This document shows, one piece after another, positions 18,338 through 27,870 of a stretch of DNA of 64,000 nt (within the stretch, counting starts at the first letter, position 1; every line of letters begins with the position of its first letter). Both the position numbers and the translations under genes were made by a program. This DNA is from a phage. Below the pieces are notes generated by a model. That model was given only the letters and a program-made list of their open reading frames with translations. It made no database searches and was not told where the DNA came from. The DNA lies in the NCBI GenBank assembly GCA_020381345.1, contig GCA_020381345.1_3636.1. The stretch is one strand, 5' to 3'.

Positions 18338-18376
18338 GCTACCTCCTACTTCTACCGTCCCTGGTAAGATAAATTA

Positions 18377-18775
18377 TTACTGAACAAAGCGCGGAGCTGG
18401 GAAGGATAACTCTTCTAAAGAGAAGATTTCATTCCCCACAATCCATGTTGCAGGATCATCTGGGTTGACTGGATAGATAATCATCACCTCGTCAGTGTTA
18501 CATACCCGCTTTTTACCTGTGGAGTCATCAGCAACCAGCATGCGCGGTTCTTCAGAAATGCACAGGTAGCCTCCTCGGCCCACTGTTCCTTCCACAGGGT
18601 CTTGCCCTTTGATCACGATGATTATCTTCTCTCCTGAGGCGATATTACCTTGCACACTCACCGTTTGACCAACCTTGGATGTGCCAATCTTAGTGACTTC
18701 GAACATTACATCCCGAATTACTGTTGCATAATCGCCAGACACTTTCTTACCTTCTTTAGTGATCTCAATCTTCAT
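18377..18775 (-). CDS. hypothetical protein (132 aa)
   Basis: ORF track; MKIEITK N-terminus. Confidence 0.5.
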   Translation of the reverse strand: MKIEITKEGKKVSGDYATVIRDVMFEVTKIGTSKVGQTVSVQGNIASGEKIIIVIKGQDPVEGTVGRGGYLCISEEPRMLVADDSTGKKRVCNTDEVMIIYPVNPDDPATWIVGNEIFSLEELSFPAPRFVQ

Positions 18776-19044
18776 ACACTGGGCTCCTTAAATGAATCTA
18801 TGTAATCAATTAAATCCCAAGCATCCCTATGACCTGTCAGAGGGTATACTTCTCCAAGAGGGATCATAGCAATAAGTCTATCAAAAACCCAATCTGGACG
18901 CAACATTTTATGGTGATACTCCCACTCACCTTCTACAGACTTTTTCTGAGTGATCAGGATCTCTGTGTAGTGTTTCGCCTGTCTTGAGTAGATTGAGAAT
19001 GACTTGTACATAAATGGCCCCCTCTTGTTGAAAACAAAATACAC
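18772..19044 (-). CDS. hypothetical protein (90 aa)
   Basis: ORF track. Confidence 0.45.
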   Translation of the reverse strand: MYFVFNKRGPFMYKSFSIYSRQAKHYTEILITQKKSVEGEWEYHHKMLRPDWVFDRLIAMIPLGEVYPLTGHRDAWDLIDYIDSFKEPSV

Positions 19045-19046
19045 TA

Positions 19047-19361
19047 CTACCAGGTCACTGTCAAGTAGGCAACTGTGTTATTTTTCTCCGGAGAGATGCC
19101 AACAACATCCACCTGCAGACCTCCTGCCCTCAAATCCCCAACAATGTGTGGGAAGTAGTCTGAGAGATGCGAGGGTAGATTTATCGAAAATCCGCATCCC
19201 AGAAAGCCTGCTAACGCTTTATTTTGTATCTCCCCTACAATCGCATCATAAATGGAGTTAAGCTCGTCAGGGAGCGTTACAGGACGTTTTAGCGCTAACT
19301 GGTGTAATTTGTCCTTAGCACTCATTTTCATTTCAGGTCTACCTCTGGTGGTGCCAACCAC
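19047..19361 (-). CDS. hypothetical protein (104 aa)
   Basis: ORF track. Confidence 0.5.
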   Translation of the reverse strand: MVGTTRGRPEMKMSAKDKLHQLALKRPVTLPDELNSIYDAIVGEIQNKALAGFLGCGFSINLPSHLSDYFPHIVGDLRAGGLQVDVVGISPEKNNTVAYLTVTW

Positions 19362-19861
19362 ATAAATGGCGGCAAGCCTAAACGGTTTTTCTTATCCCAC
19401 ACAAAATATGCATATGCTTGCCCGTCAGTTCTGCCATTTGATTGAAATGACGGACGCTTAGATATTGTGATCACAGTGGTAGGTGCATTATCAAGCCACC
19501 ATTCAAATCTGGCTTTGCTTTCCAGAAAATTAAGACGTAAAAGCATAATAACTACGTCAGCATCTTTCAACGCCTTGTCTACAAACTCACGAGCTAAGCT
19601 GTATGGTGGGTTGGTGATAATACAGTCAACATGGTTGTATTCTGTATTCAGATAGTCAACACCTTCTTGGATTTCTCCCCATGCAGATCCTAACGGCATA
19701 CGGGAGTAGAACACACCTGAGGCACTATTCCTGCAAGGCTCTAAGTAGGTCCAGTCTTCTGGGAACGGAATAAGGTCATACAGCCCTTCTGCACACCACT
19801 CCGGTGTCACATACTCATCGTAGGCGTTACGTTGTTCATCAGGTTTTCTAGCACAAGTCAT
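19328..19861 (-). CDS. DNA methyltransferase (N6-adenine or N4-cytosine type, 177 aa)
   Basis: Catalytic motif IV CIITNPPYS in translation; no adjacent restriction gene. Confidence 0.65.
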   Translation of the reverse strand: MTCARKPDEQRNAYDEYVTPEWCAEGLYDLIPFPEDWTYLEPCRNSASGVFYSRMPLGSAWGEIQEGVDYLNTEYNHVDCIITNPPYSLAREFVDKALKDADVVIMLLRLNFLESKARFEWWLDNAPTTVITISKRPSFQSNGRTDGQAYAYFVWDKKNRLGLPPFMWLAPPEVDLK

Positions 19862-19912
19862 GCAAATCTCCAGATCATAAAAGCCCTCCGAAGAGGGCTT
19901 TAGAATTAATGT

Positions 19913-20962
19913 TTAAACTTCTTCGACAATTCCTGCACCCAGGATTTTTTCATTGAGCTCTTTTGCTGTTTTAATAATATTATCTACCAGACGCTTGCGA
20001 GTCTTATCTTTCACCTTAACCTCTTCACCGCCGTTCAGAGTAGTCTTCAATTGAGACAGAATATCCTGAAGTTCAACGACAGAGAATCTCTGCAGATCTT
20101 CTGAAGTAATCTCACCCAGGGCAATTCGGACGGTCTCGCCACTTTCCATCTGCAGATTCAGGAACACAGTGTGAACATCACCTTTCGAACCACCCGCTTT
20201 TGCAGATTCAACAGCATGAACTAACTCATCTAAAGATGTGCACTGGTGAATCTCCGGAAGACCTGCTTCACCTAACACGCCTTCTTCATCACCTTTTGCC
20301 AGAAGCTTTTTCGGTTTTTGTCCGTTCTGGATGCGTTGTATGTTGCCTTCATCCAGAATAATAGCTCCAGTGCGTGCTGCCAGCTCTTCTCCGTCCAACC
20401 ACACTTCGCCGCCAGCTGTGATGGATGCGATCTCATCTTCTGTCAGCACCCCACCGTAGTATTTTTCGATTAAGCGTTCGAAACGTTTTTTCCAGTAGCT
20501 GACCTGAGTATTCATGTTCACACCGTTACCATAAGTGCCACCTTGGTAGTAGTGGAACATAAACTCTGTGTCCGGAGCCACAGTGCGTTCTTTGCAACCC
20601 AGCCATAAGATTGTTCCCGCAGAGCAGCACATCCCTTCAGCATGTGCAACAACGCTTGCCTGAGACTCGCGGAATGCCTGCAGATAAGCCATTGCAATGT
20701 GCACGCAACCCCCAGGACTATTGATGATCACCCGAATGCTTTCTTCCGGCTGAGCCATACGGATCGTCTGCAGACGAGACATATGATCTTGTAAGTCTTC
20801 CAAATCGTCGATATAAAGAACGTGGTCAACAACTGGTGTTGGGTAGCTGTATGTTTCCATAATACCACCCGGCATACCGAACATTTTATTACTCATAGGT
20901 TCGAAACCGTTCTGTTTTTCTTTCATGCCGTGTACCATGGTGCTACGAGGTGTTAAATTCAT
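19913..20962 (-). CDS. ClpP-family serine peptidase with C-terminal extension (349 aa)
   Basis: INSPGG motif and MCCSAG serine region typical of ClpP/S14-S49 peptidases; followed by hairpin AAAGCCCTC-TTCG-GAGGGCTTT. Confidence 0.65.
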   Translation of the reverse strand: MNLTPRSTMVHGMKEKQNGFEPMSNKMFGMPGGIMETYSYPTPVVDHVLYIDDLEDLQDHMSRLQTIRMAQPEESIRVIINSPGGCVHIAMAYLQAFRESQASVVAHAEGMCCSAGTILWLGCKERTVAPDTEFMFHYYQGGTYGNGVNMNTQVSYWKKRFERLIEKYYGGVLTEDEIASITAGGEVWLDGEELAARTGAIILDEGNIQRIQNGQKPKKLLAKGDEEGVLGEAGLPEIHQCTSLDELVHAVESAKAGGSKGDVHTVFLNLQMESGETVRIALGEITSEDLQRFSVVELQDILSQLKTTLNGGEEVKVKDKTRKRLVDNIIKTAKELNEKILGAGIVEEV

Positions 20963-21022
20963 GAGAAATCCTTAATATTGGAAGTTGAAAGCTATTTATT
21001 TAAACCTGATTCACATTTACCT

Positions 21023-21334
21023 TTATTTAGCAATCACTATAGAGTACTTACGATTGTCAGAAGCATCGCAGCTCAATGATTGCCAGTCTACCACATACCA
21101 CGTATCATTGTCAACAATCACTTTATCGCCTGTTCTGTAGCAGGTGCTGCTTTCAATAATCCGAGACTCGATAAAGAATCTGTGTCGGCGCTCACGTAGC
21201 AACGCTAAGTTGATTATATTGCCACCACTGTCCTTGATCCATACATTCTTGGATCCTTTATATGCCAGAATTGTCTCGCCGTTATAGACAAACAGGCAGT
21301 ATATTTTATTTAGTTTCTCTTGTATTGTGGCCAT
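21023..21334 (-). CDS. hypothetical protein (103 aa)
   Basis: ORF track. Confidence 0.5.
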   Translation of the reverse strand: MATIQEKLNKIYCLFVYNGETILAYKGSKNVWIKDSGGNIINLALLRERRHRFFIESRIIESSTCYRTGDKVIVDNDTWYVVDWQSLSCDASDNRKYSIVIAK

Positions 21335-21437
21335 ACTATCTCCTTCTCCTTGTCTTGTCCGATAATAATATCTAAAGCTTACCTGTTTGTCAACAACTGT
21401 TTTAGATATTTAAGGGTGGAATAACCACCCTTCTGTA

Positions 21438-22226
21438 TTACTCGGAAACAGGGGTCCAAATATGATTTGCACGATCCTCTATAAGATTGAGAGCAATCTG
21501 ACGACCCAACCCGGAACGAACGACATCGTCTGGACTATCAAAGCTGATCATTCCAACCTCGGGATCTGGATGACGAGTAAAGAAATCCGTCACCCATGCA
21601 AGGCCAGATTTACCAGGGATGTCACGTTGACTATTATCGCCCATAATTACAAGGGTGGCCTGATCAGAGATCCTTGTAATAATTGACAACATTTCTTCAG
21701 GGTTAGTTTGCTGTGCCTCGTCAATCAGGACAAAGCATCGCTCATCGAAACTACGACCACGAATGCTTTCAACTTCACAAATCTCGATACGGCTGTTCTG
21801 ACCATCTCCCAGCATTGCGGCAAAAGCACCTTTGCCAACACGACGACAAATAGTGTCCATCATGCTTCGAAGATAGGGCCACAGTTTTTGCATTGCATTC
21901 CCTGGTTTAAATCCTGAAGTCTTTCCTGTCTGAACGTAAGGACGTGCAACAATGATCTTATCAATCTCGTTCTTACGCAGAAGATCACCTGCATATGCAG
22001 ATGCCATGAATGTCTTACCGGATCCAAACACACCGTTTACAATAATAATCTTACGTGACCCTAGATAATCAAGATACTTTTGCTGCTTCTTATTCATTGG
22101 TCGGAGAGCTGGAGCAGTGTGCTCTCTTTCGTCAGCAAATTTCTCAGCAGCCTTACGCAGGCGATCAGATTTGCGAGCCTCTCTAGCTTCATCACGCATG
22201 CGTTTTGTTTCTTTAGCTCGACCCAT
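21438..22226 (-). CDS. phoH: PhoH-like ATPase (262 aa)
   Basis: Walker A GVFGSGKTF plus LIDEAQ Walker-B-like box. Confidence 0.8.
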   Translation of the reverse strand: MGRAKETKRMRDEAREARKSDRLRKAAEKFADEREHTAPALRPMNKKQQKYLDYLGSRKIIIVNGVFGSGKTFMASAYAGDLLRKNEIDKIIVARPYVQTGKTSGFKPGNAMQKLWPYLRSMMDTICRRVGKGAFAAMLGDGQNSRIEICEVESIRGRSFDERCFVLIDEAQQTNPEEMLSIITRISDQATLVIMGDNSQRDIPGKSGLAWVTDFFTRHPDPEVGMISFDSPDDVVRSGLGRQIALNLIEDRANHIWTPVSE

Positions 22227-22264
22227 GTTGGGACTCCTTTCAGATTGAGATGTGCCAAGTACTT

Positions 22265-22615
22265 TTACTGCAACAGTTTTTCAATAGCCGCTTCCATGCT
22301 GCTTGCAACAGCCTGAACTCGGATATTCATCTCTTCTTGGTGGATCAGCTCCTTAAGCTCTTTAACGGTAAATTCTTTAGAGAAACCTTCCACCATGATC
22401 TTGTGCAAGGCTTCTTGCGTGTCCACTTGCAAGAACTTTTCCAGTTTGTTGGCAGAGGCTTCTAAATCAGCCCGAATACGAGGGTCATCTGTGCGATTCA
22501 GCATTAGACGTAAGCCATCAAGATTAGTAGAAATAGCATCTGCATGTTGAGTAACTAACCGTGGCAAAATGAGATCTACAAACTTATTAGCCAAATCGAT
22601 ACGTTCTTGTGTCAC
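22265..22615 (-). CDS. hypothetical protein (116 aa)
   Basis: ORF track; GTG start overlapping upstream small ORF stop. Confidence 0.5.
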   Translation of the reverse strand: MTQERIDLANKFVDLILPRLVTQHADAISTNLDGLRLMLNRTDDPRIRADLEASANKLEKFLQVDTQEALHKIMVEGFSKEFTVKELKELIHQEEMNIRVQAVASSMEAAIEKLLQ

Positions 22616-22725
22616 TGTTGCACCCCCTCTTCATCCTCATGATATTTCTTTTCACGCTTGTGTTTTTTCTTAAGCTCAAGCGCAATCTCTTTTTTGTACG
22701 CCTTCTTCAAGGCTTTTTTAGCCAT
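22612..22725 (-). CDS. small lysine-rich protein (37 aa), not in ORF track
   Basis: Hand-translated MAKKALKKAYKKEIALELKKKHKREKKYHEDEEGVQQ; RBS GGAGG 6 nt upstream. Confidence 0.45.
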   Translation of the reverse strand: MAKKALKKAYKKEIALELKKKHKREKKYHEDEEGVQQ

Positions 22726-22787
22726 TTGGCACCTCCTCTGCTTTCATTACGACAATTATAACCAACTTAACAAAGCTTTGTCAACGA

Positions 22788-23261
22788 TTAGTCAACCTGA
22801 ACCCAACCGCCTGCTACTTTTTTAAACATTCTTTGGTTATCGCTACCTCGGAACGGTTTCTTGGTTGGTAAATCTTTTACATACTTACCGTCAATGATGA
22901 TATCAGCCAGTTTAAGAACATCACTAGAGATATGGTCAAATGTGAACCCAGTATATACAAGAATAGTTTTCTTGTCACCAAATTTTTCCTTAATTTTCTC
23001 CATCAGGCTAATAATATCTGGCTCATTATAGTATGCTAAGGGTTCTCCACCCAGCAGAGAGATACCACCCACAGACGGGTTATCTAAATCTGACAAGATT
23101 TTTTGCAAGTCTTCTTCAGTGAACTCTCTTCCCTTATCTTTTGACCAAAATGCCTGATTAAAGCAACCAGGGCAAGCGTGTGGGCACCCAGATACCCACA
23201 AGGCAGTTCTAATACCTGGCCCTTCGGTGTAAGATATTTCTGTGTATCCGGCAATGTTCAT
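22788..23261 (-). CDS. nrdG: anaerobic ribonucleotide reductase activating protein NrdG (157 aa)
   Basis: Radical-SAM cysteine cluster CPHACPGC; lies next to nrdD. Confidence 0.8.
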   Translation of the reverse strand: MNIAGYTEISYTEGPGIRTALWVSGCPHACPGCFNQAFWSKDKGREFTEEDLQKILSDLDNPSVGGISLLGGEPLAYYNEPDIISLMEKIKEKFGDKKTILVYTGFTFDHISSDVLKLADIIIDGKYVKDLPTKKPFRGSDNQRMFKKVAGGWVQVD

Positions 23262-23426
23262 AGATACTCCGCATCACATTTAGGGCAATGCCAAATAAAA
23301 TCGTCCAGTGCCTTGCACCAACGAAGATTGCAACGACAACCACACTTGCAAATTTTATAAATACCTTTAGACATATTGTACCTCCTTAGTTTATAGCATG
23401 TTTAAGATATGTGTATCTTTCTACGA

Positions 23427-24446
23427 TCATTTACCACAGATCTCTTTGTATGCTGCTTCCACTATGCTAAACACTTCAGGTCTGTAGTGAAAGAATTCAG
23501 TGCTTCCACTAAATGCTTTAGAGAAGTTTATTTTATACTTATTGAAGGCTTCATGCACAGATTTTTCTACACTCAGTATGTTTTCAGTCGATCCGCCCCA
23601 TGTTTTTACTATGTGGAGATCATAAATACCTGCACCAGCCTTCTTGGATGCTCTTAATATCCTTCCCTTCCTCGCTTCTACATTGACGCTCACACCGATC
23701 TTCATAAGTGTTGGCGCTTCTAAGTTATCAACCATGAGGTAAAGCTTCCCATAGTTGTGAGATAAGAAACCGTTTTTGGCACATTTAGGGCATCCACGAC
23801 CAGACAGGTGGCAAGAAGGTGTCTGGGTGAAGTGATTTCCACAAGTGTTGCAGATTATCTCTACCTTATCTTCGCAAGTCATATAATCTATAAAAGAGTA
23901 GTCATATTTATCGCCATGGATTTCTTTGGCTCTTTCTATGAATTCAGGGCCTTTATTCCTTTTTGCTGCGCTAATGAGTTTACTACACTCAGGGCACCCT
24001 TGGCCTTTCAAATGGTTAGATGGGGATTGCAAGAACACTCCGTGCTCAGGGCATACAATTTTTACAGGAGTTTTATAGTTAACATATCCAACCTTAGAAT
24101 AATCATAGGTGTCACCGTGGATTTTTACAAATTTTTTGATAATATCACTAGAATCGTTTCTAAGCTTATTGCCTACTGGCACTCTACCACACTTAGGACA
24201 CCCACTACCGTCAAGGGTATGATGTCCAGCGATCTGCGTAAACTCACCATGAACAGGGCATACAATTACAACCTTACTTTTAGCAGTTTTATATACGGTT
24301 TTTGAATAGTCATATTTATCGCCATGTACTTCTCTAGCTCTTTTTGTAAATTCTTCAGTCGTAAGTTGTTTTCCTCTAGGCATCTTTGATCCCTCTTGGT
24401 TCTCATAGATTAGCCAAGTATGCCACATCCTTGTGGCTTCTGTCAA
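23427..24446 (-). CDS. free-standing endonuclease-like protein with three zinc-ribbon repeats and GIY-YIG-like C-terminal domain
   Basis: Three ~50-aa repeats HGDKYDYS..CPxHGxF..GxGCPKC; C-terminal GKLYLMVDN..MKIGVSVNVEARKGR; inserted between nrdD and nrdG; likely start at internal MPRGK. Confidence 0.55.
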   Translation of the reverse strand: MTEATRMWHTWLIYENQEGSKMPRGKQLTTEEFTKRAREVHGDKYDYSKTVYKTAKSKVVIVCPVHGEFTQIAGHHTLDGSGCPKCGRVPVGNKLRNDSSDIIKKFVKIHGDTYDYSKVGYVNYKTPVKIVCPEHGVFLQSPSNHLKGQGCPECSKLISAAKRNKGPEFIERAKEIHGDKYDYSFIDYMTCEDKVEIICNTCGNHFTQTPSCHLSGRGCPKCAKNGFLSHNYGKLYLMVDNLEAPTLMKIGVSVNVEARKGRILRASKKAGAGIYDLHIVKTWGGSTENILSVEKSVHEAFNKYKINFSKAFSGSTEFFHYRPEVFSIVEAAYKEICGK

Positions 24447-24449
24447 GTA

Positions 24450-25412
24450 TCAGCAACTACAACTTCCATAGTGCTTAACCCGTTCTATAACTTCCGCTTG
24501 CTTACCTTTATTGTAAGGACGGGAGTTAGGACTGGAAAGGTATCCAGACACACGTCGAATTACACTGATCGTTCCCTCTTCATGGTTTCCACACTCTGGA
24601 CATACAAAGCCTCTAGCTGTTGCACTGAACTCACCAGAGAAACCACACTTGAGACATTTATCCACAGGCTGGTTGATACCAAAATACATAATGTGTTTAT
24701 ATCCGAAATCAACAAGAGCTTCCAAAGCATCTAAGTTGTTTTTCAGATTTGGTGTCTCTACGTATCCGATGTTGCCACCAGAGGAGATCATAGCAAAACC
24801 TTCCTCATACTCCCACTTATCAAAAGGAGAGCTATTGATCCATACTGGCTGATGGAAACTGTTGGTGAGATATTCATGCTCGTGCTTCAACACTTCAGGA
24901 TATTCACGATCCAGACAGGTTGCAGCTTTATAGCATAGACTCTCAGAAGGGGTGCCGTACAAGCTAAACGCTAGTCTACTTTCCTTCTTGTATCTCTCAC
25001 AAGCATCTCTCATGTGCTGAAGTATTCCAAGAGCTAAAGCCTTGTCACCCTCCCTGCCCAAAATCTGACAGGTTTCATACACACCAATATACCCAATACT
25101 GATGGAAGCGTACCCGTCATAGAAGAGTTTATCAATACTCTCTTCAGGGTCCAGGCGAGCAAGAGCGCCTTCACACCACATGATAGGGTTCTGCCCTGCC
25201 TTTGTCCCTTTTAGACGATTAACCCTTACAAGGTGAGCCTCGTATGCAAGATCCAGGTATTCGTCAAGAACTGCAAAGAAATCAACACCTTCCGTCTTAG
25301 CTTTTGCCGCAATCATTGGCAAGTTAAGGCTAACAACACCCAAGTTGAATCTGCCAAGGTATTTCTCCTCGCCTGTTACAGGGTCGCTATATTTCGATAA
25401 GAAACTTCTACA
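24450..25412 (-). CDS. nrdD: anaerobic ribonucleoside-triphosphate reductase NrdD, exon 3 of 3
   Basis: Starts CRSFLSKY and ends with glycyl-radical motif RRVSGYL; the track prefix MDLRTTLNIM is intron read-through. Confidence 0.8.
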   Translation of the reverse strand, partial: CRSFLSKYSDPVTGEEKYLGRFNLGVVSLNLPMIAAKAKTEGVDFFAVLDEYLDLAYEAHLVRVNRLKGTKAGQNPIMWCEGALARLDPEESIDKLFYDGYASISIGYIGVYETCQILGREGDKALALGILQHMRDACERYKKESRLAFSLYGTPSESLCYKAATCLDREYPEVLKHEHEYLTNSFHQPVWINSSPFDKWEYEEGFAMISSGGNIGYVETPNLKNNLDALEALVDFGYKHIMYFGINQPVDKCLKCGFSGEFSATARGFVCPECGNHEEGTISVIRRVSGYLSSPNSRPYNKGKQAEVIERVKHYGSCSC

Positions 25413-26174
25413 CATTATGTTCAGGGTGGTTCGCAAGTCCACCCCCGCACCTTTACGTGCTGCTGCATGTTCCCATGCAGATCAGACTATATCTTCACAC
25501 TTAGTGTGTCTACCATTTCGAGTGTCATCGGCTTACACCCTACACCGCTACATTCATCACGGTTAGTCGTTAGGCATTTCGTAACAGAACTCGTAATCAT
25601 AGTTATTAGGCGCACCACGTTTCAGGATAGCAGATATTCTTTTTCTATCCACTCCTAAAACATCAGCACAACATCTCAGACTTTTAAAGTGGAAAACCTC
25701 ACCAGTTAATTTGTTGGTGGCTTTCACACCGTGGCATCTTGTGTAAAAAGCATAACAGTTGTTGTTGTATCCTTCTTGCGTATTGTCTGGGCAAGCTCCC
25801 CACTCAAGGTTGTATACACTGTTATCTTTCCTGTTGTCCCCTTTGTGCTTAACATAGGGTAAATTGTCTGGATTTGGTAAGAACGCTTCAGCAACAAGTC
25901 TGTGAACCCTTAGGCAAACAGTCTTTTTGTTCTTGCGTATCCTAACAAGACGGTAACCTGTGTTTATCTCTTCCCACGAATGAATAATTCTTTCATTTTC
26001 GTAGCGGGTGCAATAAACATTGCCCATCTCGTCAATTTCATAACCTTCAAAATCACGAATTTGTTTTCTCATTTCAGGACTCCTCTTGGTCAGGAGTTCT
26101 GTTACGTTTAGCACGGGATTGTCCGTTCTGGAGTTTCCCCGTTTAGATAGATTTTACATGAGCAGTTATAGTTT
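25413..26174 (-). mobile_element. group I intron (nrdD intron 2) carrying an HNH homing endonuclease ORF
   Basis: 762-bp insertion between in-frame exons; exon ends in U and intron ends in G; contains CTAAACGGGG and ACAATCCCGTGCTAAA elements and a 3' block GATATAGTCTGATCTGCATGGGAACATGCAGC. Confidence 0.7.
25563..26072 (-). CDS. HNH homing endonuclease (intron-encoded, about 169 aa)
   Basis: HNH region RVHRLVAEAF..KHKGDNRKDNSVYNLEWG; RBS AGGAG before internal ATG; frame differs from nrdD. Confidence 0.7.
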   Translation of the reverse strand: MRKQIRDFEGYEIDEMGNVYCTRYENERIIHSWEEINTGYRLVRIRKNKKTVCLRVHRLVAEAFLPNPDNLPYVKHKGDNRKDNSVYNLEWGACPDNTQEGYNNNCYAFYTRCHGVKATNKLTGEVFHFKSLRCCADVLGVDRKRISAILKRGAPNNYDYEFCYEMPND

Positions 26175-26474
26175 ACCCATGCTCGTTACTTTACCATCTG
26201 TCGAGCCTGTCACTTTACGATTTAGTGGAACAGAGACAAAGTCAGGATAAATCCGCTCTGCAGAGCATTCCAGAGCTAATAGTTTCAAATCATAGTTAGG
26301 ATCTCCAGGGTTCATGTTGACACCCTCTTCTAGGAAGAACAGCACTTTAGGGAACACAGGTGTGATACGTTCTTCACCAAGACCCATTTTGTGGACTTTC
26401 AAGTAGTTTTTGGTAATCATTCTACCAAATACTGAGGTGTCCAGACCTAAACTTAATGTGATAAAAGGGGTTTG
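26175..26474 (-). CDS. nrdD: anaerobic ribonucleoside-triphosphate reductase NrdD, exon 2 of 3
   Basis: In-frame translation QTPFITLSLGLDTS..VFPKV..GDPNYDLKLLALECS..KVTGS..SMG matches the middle of E. coli NrdD. Confidence 0.75.
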
Positions 26475-26731
26475 CGGTCCCCACCCTTATGTTTCCACAA
26501 GGCCAGACTATCTCTTGCCTGAAATCACACCGTGTGATTCTTAATCAGACCTCTGCGTTTCGGAATCTTCCATAATCCCTACACCAAAAGGTTAGTCGTT
26601 ACAACCGCCTCACTCCTTGTGAAGCTAGTCACGGGATTGGCATAGCTTTCGCCTTAGCGTTCCCCGTTAGCCAGCGATCAGCTGACCCCTCATACTGAGG
26701 TTAGCAGAGTTTTAAAACGGCCAGTTTGTTA
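26475..26731 (-). ncRNA. group I intron (nrdD intron 1), ORF-less, about 257 nt
   Basis: Separates exon 1 (..NTLTSVNG) from exon 2 (QTPF..); the apparent exon 1 stop TAA is the intron start; GCCGTT near the intron 5' end can pair with exon end AACGGU; 3' end AGATAGTCTGG resembles the other introns. Confidence 0.6.
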
Positions 26732-27592
26732 ACCGTTGACAGAAGTTAACGTATTGATTTGATAGAGCAAAGTCTGCATGCTGTCAAACACGTCTTTATC
26801 TGTCATTTGCATTGCAACAGTCTCAGCATCTGGCAACCAATGTTCCTGGCAAAATTTAAGGTTCTTCTCATAGGTTGCTTCAGCATACTGTGCCAGATAA
26901 TGATCAATATGGCTCATAGTCTGACCACCATATTGAGCACTAGCTACCGCACTAGAGATTTGACTAAGGATTGTTGTTGCAACCCCTATTGACTTCGGCT
27001 TACTGACATGGGCGTTACCAATGTTGAATCCGTTTTCCAACATATCTGGATAATTTACCAAACAACAGTTTGTTAACGGACTGATCAAGTAGTCAAGATC
27101 ATGCACATGGATGAAGCCTCTATTGTGCTCTTCTGAGACACGGTCTGGCAGGATCTGTGTTGATGCAAGGTGTTTGCTAAGGATGCCTGCAAGCAGGTCA
27201 CGATGAGTGTGTACATGATTGGTAGGCTTATTTGCGTTTTCTTTTGTAAATTCATCACAAGTGCGATCCAAGAAGCCACTAATATCTGCAAGCAGTTTTC
27301 CACCTGCCTCTCTGTTATTATCTCTTGTCTGCCTATACTGGATGTATTCTCTGGCTGCACATTTTAAACCCATATCCATAAGAGCGTCTTCAACAAGGAT
27401 ATGGATATTTTTTACAGAGATCGTGCACTGGTCGGTTGGTAGATTGTTAGCAACAACTTCATTAACCGCGCAGGCGATCCGGTAAGCTTCTTCTTCAGTA
27501 TGTCCAGACTCAAGTAAGGCGGACTCTGCCGCCTTGATCACCTTAATTCCGTTATAGAACTCTTCTCTACCGTCCCGTTTTACAACTTTCAC
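26732..27592 (-). CDS. nrdD: anaerobic ribonucleoside-triphosphate reductase NrdD, exon 1 of 3
   Basis: N-terminal ATP-cone-like region MKVVKRDGREE and HRDLLAGI..HDLDY match class III RNR. Confidence 0.8.
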
Positions 27593-27867
27593 TTTTTCTC
27601 TCCAAAACCATTCTTAACAAAAGAGATGAAATCATCGGCACCGCCTATATGGGCACTTTCAAGATTACTTTCTAAGAAGATCTGCGGCAACGTTCTGGGT
27701 ACGATTGGACTGCACTTCTCAATAAGCTCTTCTTTTGTGTAACCCTCGCCAAGTGTCTTATATACAAAAGGCAGACCTTTACTGACTGCAAATTCTTTTG
27801 CTCTTACACAATGTGGGCAGTTATCTTTACCGTAAATAATAAAGAAAAAAGATTTTTCACAGCTCAT
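27589..27867 (-). CDS. glutaredoxin-like protein (92 aa)
   Basis: CPHC active-site motif after a beta-strand (IIYGKDNCPHC). Confidence 0.65.
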   Translation of the reverse strand: MSCEKSFFFIIYGKDNCPHCVRAKEFAVSKGLPFVYKTLGEGYTKEELIEKCSPIVPRTLPQIFLESNLESAHIGGADDFISFVKNGFGEKK

Positions 27868-27870
27868 GTA

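Noticed and set aside
23280-23372. 30-aa ORF with a GGAGG RBS just upstream of nrdG
   Set aside because: A first reading suggested a Cys-rich zinc-finger peptide, but careful re-translation gives an unremarkable 30-aa product; too uncertain to call
24450-25442. Track N-terminus MDLRTTLNIM of the nrdD C-terminal ORF
   Set aside because: Begins at an alternative start codon inside the intron 3' end; the exon starts at CRSF by homology with NrdD
25413-26174. Intein as the explanation for the nrdD and terL interruptions
   Set aside because: The HNH ORFs are out of frame with the host genes, have their own RBS and are flanked by ORF-free conserved sequence, which fits introns and not in-frame inteins
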